From Nanobdellota archaeon (GTDB lineage Archaea; Nanobdellota; Nanobdellia; Parvarchaeales; Parvarchaeaceae), in NCBI GenBank assembly GCA_021791655.1, contig JAJYWD010000001.1:98856-162855 (forward strand): 64,000 nt of DNA, in the 5' to 3' direction. The translations under genes and the position numbers were made by a program. Each line of letters starts with the position of its first letter. The stretch's first letter is position 1. Positions 49,262-58,762 of this stretch are shown piece after piece. The notes beneath the pieces are model-generated. The model was not told the DNA's origin. It saw only the letters and a list, made by a program, of their open reading frames with translations, and ran no database searches.

Positions 49262-49306
49262 AACAATTAACCGCGCATCCGTTTTTATAAATACGCCTAT
49301 AAGCTG

Positions 49307-50263
49307 CTATTGAAGTCTTAAAGTGATCCCAAGTCTTTTGGAAAGATTTTCTAAATCATTTACGACGTAGAAAAACGCGTACCAGCTCCAGAGTCCCCAG
49401 CGCTTGACGCCCTCCTTTTTTATCCGCTTTATCTCCTTCCTGCCGTTTTTCGGCTCTTTGCCGTAGAATAACTTTCCAAACACGTCGGCAGACCATACGT
49501 CTATGGGAAACCCTCCGCCGGGGTTTATTATGTCCGCCGAGTAATCTCCTATCCCGGGTAGGGTCATTATTTTATTCTTTGCTTCGTCCTGGCCTAGACA
49601 TCGTAACTCTTCCAACGATGGGAAACCTCTACTTATAACAGCGGCCAATTTTACTATGTAACGCGCTCGGTAACCGAGCTTGCAGCGCGACTTGAGCTCT
49701 TTAGCGGAGATATTTGCTAGCGTCTGTGGCAGCGGCGGGACGCCGACTTTCCTGTCGTCGAATTCTGCCACTTCACCATAATTCCTGATCAGCGAGTCTA
49801 GCATCTCTTCGCTTCTCTTGAGAGGCGCCATTTGGAGCGTTATAGCAAGCAGCGCTATGGAGAACAAGTCGGCATCTTCCGTGCTGTGCATGCCGTACAG
49901 ATCCTTTAGCGTGTTGGTCAGTATCTTATCCCGTTTGGCTAGCGAATAGAAATCCTTAAGGTCCTCATCCGCGGATAGTTTAGCGCGCAGTGTACCTCTT
50001 ACTAGATTTACGAATACTTTACCGGGCTTTTTCTCGGTGAAGGCATCTATAACTATGTCCCGTGCGTTTCGTCTGCCAGAGGCGTGCAACTTGAGCCCGA
50101 CCAGTCTATTTCCTATGTGGAGCGCAGTCCACAGCTTTCCGTTTTCGTACACTTCAAAAGAGGAGAAGAGGCTCCAGCCCGCCGGTTTGTGCACTGTAAG
50201 TCCAAAATCGTACGGTCTTTTCGGATTTAGCACTATCCGGAATCTGCTGTTTAATTTTGTCAT
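49307..50263 (-). CDS. HhH-GPD DNA glycosylase (AlkA/Ogg-like)
   Basis: LGYRARYI, HhH LPGIGDYSA and PIDVW. Confidence 0.82.
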   Translation of the reverse strand: MTKLNSRFRIVLNPKRPYDFGLTVHKPAGWSLFSSFEVYENGKLWTALHIGNRLVGLKLHASGRRNARDIVIDAFTEKKPGKVFVNLVRGTLRAKLSADEDLKDFYSLAKRDKILTNTLKDLYGMHSTEDADLFSIALLAITLQMAPLKRSEEMLDSLIRNYGEVAEFDDRKVGVPPLPQTLANISAKELKSRCKLGYRARYIVKLAAVISRGFPSLEELRCLGQDEAKNKIMTLPGIGDYSADIINPGGGFPIDVWSADVFGKLFYGKEPKNGRKEIKRIKKEGVKRWGLWSWYAFFYVVNDLENLSKRLGITLRLQ

Positions 50264-50313
50264 ACCAAGTAAATATTTTGCATTCTGATTTTAAATGTCA
50301 ATAGCAGCGCATG

Positions 50314-50619
50314 TCAGGGCAAAGAGCTCAGCTTATTAGTTCTTAGCTTTACCCTGTGCTCAGCGTTAATGAAAAATTCTTCAACAATGAACATAAGTGT
50401 GGGCTCTATTACCGCTAGCATGCCAGTTATCACGAAGAAGTCAATCGTGCTTGTTATAGTCAGAAAACCGGCATAAACAAGTGCGAACTCCTCTGTTAAT
50501 GACACAGCTACATCAGAAGCGATCAGCTCTGCGATTATCTTCCTGAGCCTTCGCTGAAAAATATATGCTAATACAAGTAAAACAAGATTATTTATGGTGA
50601 CGCTAACTGATATGACTAA
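50314..50619 (-). pseudogene. Start-less membrane-protein reading frame
   Basis: The frame stays open 38 codons upstream of the GTG at 50505 (LVISVSVTINNLVLLVLAYIFQRRLRK...) and ends at an in-frame TAG at 50620-50622. Confidence 0.4.
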
Positions 50620-50711
50620 CTAAGGGCACTTACACTGCCGAAGTTTTAAACGGGGCGGATGCGCTAAAATCACGGTTGCAGGTGCTTTGCCTCCGTTGAG
50701 AATCTGTTAAC

Positions 50712-51317
50712 CTACGCGCTTGATATATTTATTCCTCTTGTAAAGTTTATCAGGTCTGCAGAAAAGTTTTTTCCGCCCCACAACGCTATTGTGTAACTAC
50801 CGGCAGGTTCCGTTACGTTGAAGTTAGTTACCGTGGAATTAACTACTACGAATTTAGATACATTGTTCGTTATTCCATTGACGTAATCAGACATTTCAGA
50901 TACAGGACCTATAGCCACGGAAGTGGTAACGTTTGCCGAGAATCCGCCATATACATAAACTCTATAGTACGCAGGCACCGTAAAATTATACGCGTAGTAA
51001 TAACCGCTCTGAAGCAGTATCGTAGAATTCGGAGCTGGCAGTAGATTTGTGGCGACCGATCCGGTACTGAGGAAAAAGTATGCAATTGCCGCTATTATCG
51101 CCAGTATCGCTATTATTATAAGATACCCCCATTTATTGCCAAGAGTAGAGAGATTAGCCGTGTTTTTCGTTGTAACAGATTTCCGCTCAGCGTCTGTATC
51201 GGCGATTTTATTACCTGACGCAGCTCCTTTTAATTTAGCACCACAGAACTCGCAGAAATTTGAGCTCATCTTGTTTCTTGATCCGCATTTGGAGCAGTAT
51301 CGATATCTGTTTTGCAT
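50712..51317 (-). CDS. Zinc-ribbon / TM / extracellular beta-domain protein
   Basis: CSKCG...FCEFCG, one TM helix and a sequon-rich C-terminus. Confidence 0.8.
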   Translation of the reverse strand: MQNRYRYCSKCGSRNKMSSNFCEFCGAKLKGAASGNKIADTDAERKSVTTKNTANLSTLGNKWGYLIIIAILAIIAAIAYFFLSTGSVATNLLPAPNSTILLQSGYYYAYNFTVPAYYRVYVYGGFSANVTTSVAIGPVSEMSDYVNGITNNVSKFVVVNSTVTNFNVTEPAGSYTIALWGGKNFSADLINFTRGINISSA

Positions 51318-52029
51318 TCTTAGTCTAATGTCTAGCCGTTTATATACATTTGAACGTTCATCCTCTTTCGATTCATCGAGCGTTCGGAGTCAGCCCACGA
51401 TAAGCCTTGCTAAGAACATTATCGTTAACAGCAAGTCTATCTGTGCGGGTTCGGCAAATTCCGTCCTTTCTGCGGCTTTTGCGACTACGACGCTAACGGT
51501 CAGCGCTATCAGTGTCGCAAGCGGCGGAATTAATCCGGTCTGAAACGCACACACCAGTGCCCGCAAAACAGAATTGTCCTGAATAGCGAATAACCCGCTT
51601 GCCGCCTGCGGCGCCCCATTCCACGTAGCAGAGCCGATCGAAGAAGCGGCGATTTAACGGCTCCGTGTTTATCTGCCGCTGCGGGCGTGTCATCTCCCGC
51701 CGTCTACTCCCTTCAATTCTTCCGTTCCTTTCCATTTTCTTACCCCCATTACCCGATTTGCCGGAAAAACGCAAAAAAAATCCCAAAGAAGCACGACTGT
51801 GACTCAGCCTTCGAAATCCCGTCCCACCGATTAATTTTTACAGCGGTTTAAGACAGATACGAGTAGGCCTTACGCTTAGAAAACCAATCATCCAAACCCA
51901 CTCTCATACTTAGTAAAAGATTGCCCAAAGTTTATAAGTGTTATTCTTGATTGTATAGATTGTACCATTCCTAAATGGCAAAGCTTTAAATAAACGATAT
52001 AATCTCTACGTCTATAGAGCCTTGGTGCT

Positions 52030-52542
52030 ATGAAAAATTTCGGAATAAGGTATGACGCACTGTACAAAGAGTGCATGCAGCTTGCAACAAATTCCCGCAG
52101 CACAATTGTCCGTTTCGGTAGCGTGGTCGTAAAAGACGGAAAGATAATCGGGAGGGGCTGGAACGTATTTGCAAATCAGAAAAAACTGGGAAAACTTCCG
52201 ATAGTTATGGGATACGCAAACCACGCCGAGGTATCGGCCATGAACGACGCGCTGAACAACGGGTACAGCTTGGAAGGGGCCGACGTTTACGTGGCGGGTT
52301 ATTTCCCCAATGACAACAGTCTTTACATACCGCGTGATGCGTATTTCACGTGTACGCGATGCCCTACATACTTCGATAGATACAAAATAAATTCTGTATC
52401 CGTACCTTTATACCAGCGCTGGTCTAGGCTAGACGTATCAGAGGCGAAAGAAAGTGCTAAGACCTTCATGGGCAGAAGCCAGGAGCGAAGGATTGCCGTG
52501 GGCAAGACGCACTTTAGCTTGGACGATGTGCTCTCCGCATAG
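52030..52542 (+). CDS. Zinc-dependent cytidine/dCMP-deaminase-fold protein
   Basis: GSVVVKDGKIIGRGWN, HAE and CTRC. Confidence 0.82.
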   Translation: MKNFGIRYDALYKECMQLATNSRSTIVRFGSVVVKDGKIIGRGWNVFANQKKLGKLPIVMGYANHAEVSAMNDALNNGYSLEGADVYVAGYFPNDNSLYIPRDAYFTCTRCPTYFDRYKINSVSVPLYQRWSRLDVSEAKESAKTFMGRSQERRIAVGKTHFSLDDVLSA

Positions 52543-52600
52543 CCAATGTGTCCTGAACAACCGCACACGCATAAATACTCACCACGCCTTCTGAGTTAGC

Positions 52601-53926
52601 ATGAAAGAGTTTGAAGCAATGAATCTAAGGCAGGAAGTATTATCCGCTCTTAAGCGCATAAATTTCGAAACCCCTACAGAGGTGCAGGAGGCCGTTATAC
52701 CGCTGATTCTCTCGGGGAAAGATCTGATGGTAAGAGCGAAGACTGGCACGGGCAAAACCGGCGCATTTTTGATACCAATAATCAGTATGGTGAATAAAGA
52801 TGAGCGCAACTCGGCTATGATAATCGTGCCAACGAGGGAACTGGCCTTGCAAGTGTCTGAAGTGGCTATGCAGCTCTCCAAAGAGTCTGGCCTCGGCGTG
52901 GTCACGGTTTACGGGGGCGCTTCCATAAACTATCAGATAAATCGGCTTAGGCGCGGCACAAATATAATAATAGGTACGCCCGGGCGCATAATAGACCTCA
53001 TCAAACAGCGGGAACTTAAAACGGAAGGCATAAAGTTCCTCGTGCTGGACGAGGCTGATATAATGTTCGATATGGGCTTCATAGAGGACGTGGGGTACAT
53101 AATTTCCCTGCTGCCCCAGCGCAGACAGACCATGCTATTCTCGGCCACTCTGCCGGTCAGCCTGCTTTCCATCGTAAAGAAGCATATGCATGAGCCGGAA
53201 AGGCTAACCATCGGAAAAGAGGAGGAAGTTACGGTGAGCACTATCTCACACTTTTACACGCTTGCCGACGGAAAGGAAAAATTTTCGGCGCTTCTGGCTT
53301 ACATAGACCAGTACAAGCCACAAAAAGCAATAATATTCTCGCAGACACAACGGGGGGCGGATCTTGTTTACGATGTTCTTATGAACCGTGGTTTTCAGGT
53401 AACCCTACTGCACGGGGGACTCACCCAAGCGAAAAGGGAGCACTCCTTGTCAAACTTCAGGGAAGGTATGCAGTTTATGATCGCCACCAATGTAGCATCA
53501 AGAGGGTTAGACATAACCGGCATATCGGATATAATAAATTTTGACGTCAGCGAGGAAGTTTCTGTGTACGTACACCGTGTTGGTAGGTCAGCGAGGATGG
53601 GAGCAGAAGGTCGTGCATTCAGCATTTTTCACCATCGGGACAGATATCTTATAGGGGAGATTGAAAATTTTGCGCATATCAAGATGCAGCCGATAGAACT
53701 GGACTTGGCCCCGTACAGGGATGTGGAGACCTATATTAAGTCTTCTTATAGCCAGTCCCTGCGATTTGGAGATAGGGAAGGCTATCGCGGGCATCCGCGC
53801 CGTCCGATGCACGGCGGCGGTAGCATGCACGGGAGAAGTCACGGCTTCCGTGGCGGACGTGAAAACAGCGCGCAGGGCGGCAGGTTCAAGCGCAGAGGTC
53901 GCTTCCACAGCCGTCAGCACTTTTAG
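52601..53926 (+). CDS. DEAD-box RNA helicase
   Basis: Q motif, AKTGTGKT, PTRELA, DEAD, SAT, SRGLD, HRVGRSAR and an RG-rich tail. Confidence 0.96.
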   Translation: MKEFEAMNLRQEVLSALKRINFETPTEVQEAVIPLILSGKDLMVRAKTGTGKTGAFLIPIISMVNKDERNSAMIIVPTRELALQVSEVAMQLSKESGLGVVTVYGGASINYQINRLRRGTNIIIGTPGRIIDLIKQRELKTEGIKFLVLDEADIMFDMGFIEDVGYIISLLPQRRQTMLFSATLPVSLLSIVKKHMHEPERLTIGKEEEVTVSTISHFYTLADGKEKFSALLAYIDQYKPQKAIIFSQTQRGADLVYDVLMNRGFQVTLLHGGLTQAKREHSLSNFREGMQFMIATNVASRGLDITGISDIINFDVSEEVSVYVHRVGRSARMGAEGRAFSIFHHRDRYLIGEIENFAHIKMQPIELDLAPYRDVETYIKSSYSQSLRFGDREGYRGHPRRPMHGGGSMHGRSHGFRGGRENSAQGGRFKRRGRFHSRQHF

Positions 53927-54000
53927 CTAGTAATCATCGAGTTTCTAAGTGGCCGTCATAGCGGCTAAAACTTAATTAGCATGCAACCGCATCAATAACT

Positions 54001-54309
54001 ATGGAAAGATTGAGGGAATCTCTCTCAACTATACTCTGTGATGTATACTTTGATGAGCTGGTACTAAAGGCCGGTAGAAACGGCACCAAAATAAAAGAGG
54101 ATCTCCCGGGAAAAGCTATATATTACCGGGTAAAGGAATACCGGGAATCCGACATGTCAGTAAGGTATGAAATAACTGACCATGTTATCCGTGACGACGA
54201 TGGCCCACTCTCGCAGTTTCTCCTAATAAAATACAATGAGGGGCCGAAGATGATTGCTGTTGCTGCGATGAGACGCCAGAATGGCAAGTGGCTTTATGAT
54301 ATTTATTAG
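54001..54309 (+). CDS. Hypothetical protein
   Basis: 102-aa ORF in a gap with protein-like composition. Confidence 0.55.
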   Translation: MERLRESLSTILCDVYFDELVLKAGRNGTKIKEDLPGKAIYYRVKEYRESDMSVRYEITDHVIRDDDGPLSQFLLIKYNEGPKMIAVAAMRRQNGKWLYDIY

Positions 54310-54406
54310 TAGAATAACGGCCGATAGCTCCCTTATTCTGGAAAACAGCCACCGTGGTGCCTTTTCATCGTGCAGGGATAAGTAAGCGGTACCCGTTCTC
54401 ATACCG

Positions 54407-55132
54407 TTATGCGCCGGACTGTATAAGCGCTATCAATTTTCTGTAAGGTTCGTTTGAAATCTCATCCTCGAAGTCTCCCATAGAGTCCAGCTCGTATATC
54501 ACAACTAATACCAGAAGAATTGCAGACATCATAAGGGCCGTTATGGTTATCGATACTGCATTGTAAGGCAGAATGACCAGCGTGAGTATGAACACCAGGA
54601 GCACGGACAGGAATACTTCGAACAGCCACTGTGCTATCGGTAGCCTATCCCTGGCCAGCGCTATCTGACGGTCGCGTGCTTCCGATGCCTTTCTCGCCTC
54701 ATCTACCACCGCATCGAATAGGACGCCGTCCCTGCTGCCGTTTACCTTTACGGAGGAAAGCAGCGCCAGAAGGGAATGGAACTTCTTGTGCGCCTCGTTT
54801 CCCTTTGCGTAAGCCGACAGCTCTAATGCCATCGTCTCGTTGCAGTATTCCAGAAGCGCACTCGCTATCCTTTTGAAAGCTTTACTATCAGAAAGCCTTT
54901 TTGACAGCAGATAAATCGATTTCAATGCACTTACTTCAATGTTGAAAGCGTCGCGGAGCTGGTCCAGTGCTGTGTCCACGTCGCTTATCGCGAATGCGGA
55001 CATTACGCCGTACGTAACGCCTATAACTATGAAGAACAGGCTGGCCTCCGTTAGTGGTAGGAGTTTTACCGGGTTAAGCGCGAGTACTAGTGAGATTACT
55101 ACCATCAGAGTCGCGAGCTTAACGGTATTCAT
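54407..55132 (-). CDS. DUF4239-like membrane protein
   Basis: Two N-terminal TMs, a helical cytoplasmic domain and two C-terminal TMs; GV.YGV..AF pattern. Confidence 0.6.
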   Translation of the reverse strand: MNTVKLATLMVVISLVLALNPVKLLPLTEASLFFIVIGVTYGVMSAFAISDVDTALDQLRDAFNIEVSALKSIYLLSKRLSDSKAFKRIASALLEYCNETMALELSAYAKGNEAHKKFHSLLALLSSVKVNGSRDGVLFDAVVDEARKASEARDRQIALARDRLPIAQWLFEVFLSVLLVFILTLVILPYNAVSITITALMMSAILLVLVVIYELDSMGDFEDEISNEPYRKLIALIQSGA

Positions 55133-55218
55133 TATCCGATTATGAGTGCAGCCGAATAAATATGTTTAACTGCATTAGTGGGTTTAACGCTTTTAAGCGC
55201 GGGTTAGATATACCACAT

Positions 55219-56151
55219 ATGGCCAACGTGAGGGTGTTCGACGGCGACGCGAAGGGCATGATTTTTGTAGTATTGATACCCGCAGTGATAGGGTATGTAA
55301 CGGCCGTTTTGATTGGTCTTTATACCGGTGTTGGTACCGGCATATTTCTTTTTCTTATATTTCTAGTGGCGGCTATCCGCGTCGTCAACCAATGGAACAG
55401 AAAGGCGGTATTGTCGCTTGGTAAGTACGTCGGGATAATGGGTCCCGGCATACACGTGATAATCCCCTTCGTGCAGACCACTCCCATAACGCTAGACCTT
55501 AGAGTGATAAACACCATATTTAAGGCGGAGAAGACGCTAACTAAGGATAATGTACCAGTGGATGTAGACGCCCTCCTTTTCTGGAAGATAACCAATCCTG
55601 AGAACGCGGTCCTGAACGTACAAATATACAGGGATTCCGTACAGCTTGCGGCGCAGACTTCTCTAAGGGACGTCATAGGAAAGACAGAGCTGTCAGAGAT
55701 GCTGGCGGGCAGGGACATAATAGGCAAGGATGTCAAGGGCTTGATAGAGGAGAGGATAGGAGAATGGGGCATAGAGGCAATCTCAGTGGAGATAAGGGAC
55801 GTTAGTATACCCGCGGACCTACAGGACGCTATGGCGAAGGTAGCGGTGGCAGATAGGGAGAAGCAAGCAAGGGTAAAATTGGCGGAGAGCGAGTCCCTGG
55901 CTGCGGACAAGATGCTCGAGGCGAGCGGGAAGTACAAGAAGGATATCTTCGCAATGCAGCTGAGATCTTTGAACATGATGTACGAGATGAGTCTTAATGG
56001 GAAGAATATGATGGTTTTCATCCCCACGGACAGTAAAGGGTTTAGTATCCCCACCCCTTTCGGTGTCGAAGGACTGAGGGACTTCCTGGAAAAGAAGAAA
56101 AAGGAAGAGCCGAAAAAGAACGCGAACGACGAGAAAAAGAAGCCACAGTGA
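55219..56151 (+). CDS. SPFH/band 7 (stomatin-like) membrane protein
   Basis: GPGIHVIIPF, TKDNVPVDVDA, AQTSLRDVIG, VEIRDV and AMAKVA.A.RE. ATG at 55219. Confidence 0.93.
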   Translation: MANVRVFDGDAKGMIFVVLIPAVIGYVTAVLIGLYTGVGTGIFLFLIFLVAAIRVVNQWNRKAVLSLGKYVGIMGPGIHVIIPFVQTTPITLDLRVINTIFKAEKTLTKDNVPVDVDALLFWKITNPENAVLNVQIYRDSVQLAAQTSLRDVIGKTELSEMLAGRDIIGKDVKGLIEERIGEWGIEAISVEIRDVSIPADLQDAMAKVAVADREKQARVKLAESESLAADKMLEASGKYKKDIFAMQLRSLNMMYEMSLNGKNMMVFIPTDSKGFSIPTPFGVEGLRDFLEKKKKEEPKKNANDEKKKPQ

Positions 56152-56177
56152 CAGTTTTTGTAGGTCTGGTTTTTATT

Positions 56178-56648
56178 ATGGGGGTGCAAGAGGGTCTAAA
56201 GTGGTCGGTTAGGCTTTTGCGTAAATTAAAGATTCCTTTCTTGGTATCGGGAGGAATGGCGGTAAAGCTTTACGGGGTAAGGCGTCATGTAAGTGATATC
56301 GACATTGAAGTCTCAAATACAGATTTAAGTAAGGTGGCTACCGAAGTCAGAAAATATATCAAATTTGGCCCAGCAAGAGATGTCGGAAAGTATTTTGATG
56401 AATCACTAATAAAACTTGTGTATAAAGGGCAAGAGATAGAGTTTGGTGGCTGCGATAGTAGAAAGATATTTAATACTAAAGAGAATAGATGGCAGGCTGA
56501 TAGAATAGACTTGAATGACGCTACCATCAAGAAGTTTTATGGACTTTCTATTCCAGTTATCAAAAAAGAGCACCTCATAGCGTACAAAAAAATCGTTGCA
56601 AGGGAAAAAGATCTAATTGATGCGAGAGCCCTAGAAAAAGTCAGATAA
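56178..56648 (+). CDS. Pol-beta-superfamily minimal nucleotidyltransferase
   Basis: GGMAVKLYG..R.VSDIDI and C-terminal K....REKDLID. ATG at 56178 (or GTG at 56148). Confidence 0.72.
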   Translation: MGVQEGLKWSVRLLRKLKIPFLVSGGMAVKLYGVRRHVSDIDIEVSNTDLSKVATEVRKYIKFGPARDVGKYFDESLIKLVYKGQEIEFGGCDSRKIFNTKENRWQADRIDLNDATIKKFYGLSIPVIKKEHLIAYKKIVAREKDLIDARALEKVR

Positions 56649-56852
56649 TGTATATCGTTCAATAGCATCAGATATAAATTTTCCAAACCTAACCGAAAAA
56701 GGCTTGCCATGTGTCCCCATAAATCGCTACCTTTATACGAAAATTTACTAGGGTTCGATTCCCTTAAAGGGAGCCAAATCTGTGAAGTTTTATTCCCCTA
56801 CTATTTTTAAGCTTAAACGCAAGATTTTATACGTTAGAGGCCATAATTAAGA

Positions 56853-57800
56853 ATGCAGAAATTTTCAATAGAAGCAGTTAATCTGACCAAGAGATACGGC
56901 GCATTCACCGCCCTTTCAGATCTTAATCTGAGGCTGGAGGGTACTAAGTGCGTAGGTTTTCTAGGGCCAAACGGCGCTGGAAAGACGACGACGCTCAAAA
57001 TTTTTACTGACATGATTCACGCTAGTTCTGGAGAAGCGCGCATAAACGGTGTAGACTCGCACAGAAACAAAAAGGCCGCACTGGCCTCGTGCGGCACGCT
57101 TATAGAGACTCCCGAGATATACCCCTCACTTACGCCTATGGAAGCGCTGTCTATGGTTGCTGAGATAAAAGGAGTTCCTGCGCCGGAGCGTGCGACCGAT
57201 ATAAGACATGCAGTCGAAACCGTCAAGATGAACGAGTGGATAGACCGGAAGATCGGCAAGTTCTCAAAGGGAATGAAGCAGAGGATTAACATAGCCGCAG
57301 CACTAATAGGCAACCCGTCCATTCTCCTTCTTGATGAACCCACCAGCGGCTTGGACCCGCGTGGCATGAGCGAGGTAAGGGACATAATAAAGAACCTAAA
57401 AAGGGAGAACCGACTGATATTCATGAGCTCCCACATACTATCAGAGGTATCCGAAGTGTGCGATGAAGTTGCCATGATAAACCACGGCATCCTTCTCACG
57501 TACGGTAAACTTAGAGATGTGATCGCAAGGTTCTCGGGCAAGAGCGGCAGTATAATAGAAGTAGAAACGCTGCGAGAGGCTAGTGGTGTTTTATTGCGCA
57601 GGGTAGCACGCCTTGGGGGTGTAGAGTCTGTGGATAGGCTCGCGTCGAGGAAATTCAACATAAAGTTCTCCGGCAGCATCATAGAGCAGGGAAAGCTGTT
57701 AGAGCGGCTAGTTAGACTCAGGATAGGCATGGTAAGTTTCAAGCAGTCTTCATCAGCGCTAGAGGACGCGTATCTTAACCTCTTCAAGGAAACGGTGTGA
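56853..57800 (+). CDS. ABC transporter ATP-binding protein (exporter type)
   Basis: GPNGAGKTT, FSKGMKQR, LLLDEP and SSH. Confidence 0.95.
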   Translation: MQKFSIEAVNLTKRYGAFTALSDLNLRLEGTKCVGFLGPNGAGKTTTLKIFTDMIHASSGEARINGVDSHRNKKAALASCGTLIETPEIYPSLTPMEALSMVAEIKGVPAPERATDIRHAVETVKMNEWIDRKIGKFSKGMKQRINIAAALIGNPSILLLDEPTSGLDPRGMSEVRDIIKNLKRENRLIFMSSHILSEVSEVCDEVAMINHGILLTYGKLRDVIARFSGKSGSIIEVETLREASGVLLRRVARLGGVESVDRLASRKFNIKFSGSIIEQGKLLERLVRLRIGMVSFKQSSSALEDAYLNLFKETV

Positions 57801-57804
57801 TTAC

Positions 57805-58668
57805 ATGAAAGAAATCACCGAATTCGGAAGCAGGAACATGGTTCCCGGCAGCCTCGTACAGATGCTTACGCTCGCGAAGTACGTGTTTTTAGATTTCTTC
57901 AGGTCAAGAAGATTCTTTATACTCCTGACAATAGCCCTAGCCGTAGGTGCTCTTCTTACCGGGATAGTGGATTATTACAGACCCGGGGGATTCCTCTCTT
58001 CTGTTCTCCAATTCTATTACAATTGGTGGGGACAGACCGCCCCCCTGATAATAGTGCTGTCAGCGGTTTTCTTCGGCGGGGACGCAATCTCGGGCGAATT
58101 CCAGAACAAGACTGGGTACTTTTTAGTGGGCAATCCAATCCGCAGGTCGGTGATATATCTCGGCAAATGGATAGCCGCATTCTGCGCGTCATTAATAGTG
58201 CTGCTCATCTTTGCGCTGGTCGCTGTAAGCAATGGCGTTTATTACTTCGGTGCCACAGTACCAATCGAGTTCTGGGAGGCGCTGGCGTTTTCCGTTCTGT
58301 ATCTCGCCTCTGCTATGGGGCTGACATTTTTCTTCAGTTCGGTATTCAAGAGCAATTCCATGTCAATACTGGTCACGGTTATACTGCTGATTTTCGTTTT
58401 CAGCGTGGTGCAGACTTTCGTAGCTAGCTTGGCAAAGACAGAACCGTGGTTCATCCTCACGTACGGCGCGCAGATAATAAGCAACGTGCTGCAATCCCCG
58501 TATCCTTCTCCAGTGCAAACCGGAGTGCAAAGTATAGGGGCTGCGCGCGGCTTTAGCATTACGTCATACAGTGCAAGCATACCGGAGGGTATAGCTATAA
58601 TGCTGATTTATTTCTTGGTTGCTACTGTGGGCGGCCTGCTTCTGTTTGAACGCAAAGAATTTTCGTAA
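57805..58668 (+). CDS. ABC-2 type permease
   Basis: Six TM helices with the EAA-like ISGEFQNKT...NPIRR..IYLGK motif. Confidence 0.88.
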   Translation: MKEITEFGSRNMVPGSLVQMLTLAKYVFLDFFRSRRFFILLTIALAVGALLTGIVDYYRPGGFLSSVLQFYYNWWGQTAPLIIVLSAVFFGGDAISGEFQNKTGYFLVGNPIRRSVIYLGKWIAAFCASLIVLLIFALVAVSNGVYYFGATVPIEFWEALAFSVLYLASAMGLTFFFSSVFKSNSMSILVTVILLIFVFSVVQTFVASLAKTEPWFILTYGAQIISNVLQSPYPSPVQTGVQSIGAARGFSITSYSASIPEGIAIMLIYFLVATVGGLLLFERKEFS

Positions 58669-58762
58669 AGTGTGGTGTTTAGTCTTGGGTATCCAATTTG
58701 TTCTATGTCGTAATTCCTCCGGTTTAAAAATTATTTAAGGCACATGCTTTCTTATCGGTTCT

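Noticed and set aside
51493-51786. 97-aa minus-strand ORF
   Set aside because: No motifs, Arg/Gly-biased composition typical of non-coding GC-rich DNA, and no clear promoter spacing.
51801-51830. tRNA-like TTCGAAATCCCGTCCCACC
   Set aside because: The upstream bases (GCC) cannot pair with CCC to form a T stem, and there is no cloverleaf.
55320-56189. 289-aa antisense ORF over the stomatin gene
   Set aside because: Shadow frame of a clearly recognisable sense gene.
57017-57787. 256-aa antisense ORF over the ABC ATPase
   Set aside because: Shadow frame. The same applies to the many antisense ORFs inside ths, dnaK, the prkA genes, the P-type ATPase and the aminopeptidase.
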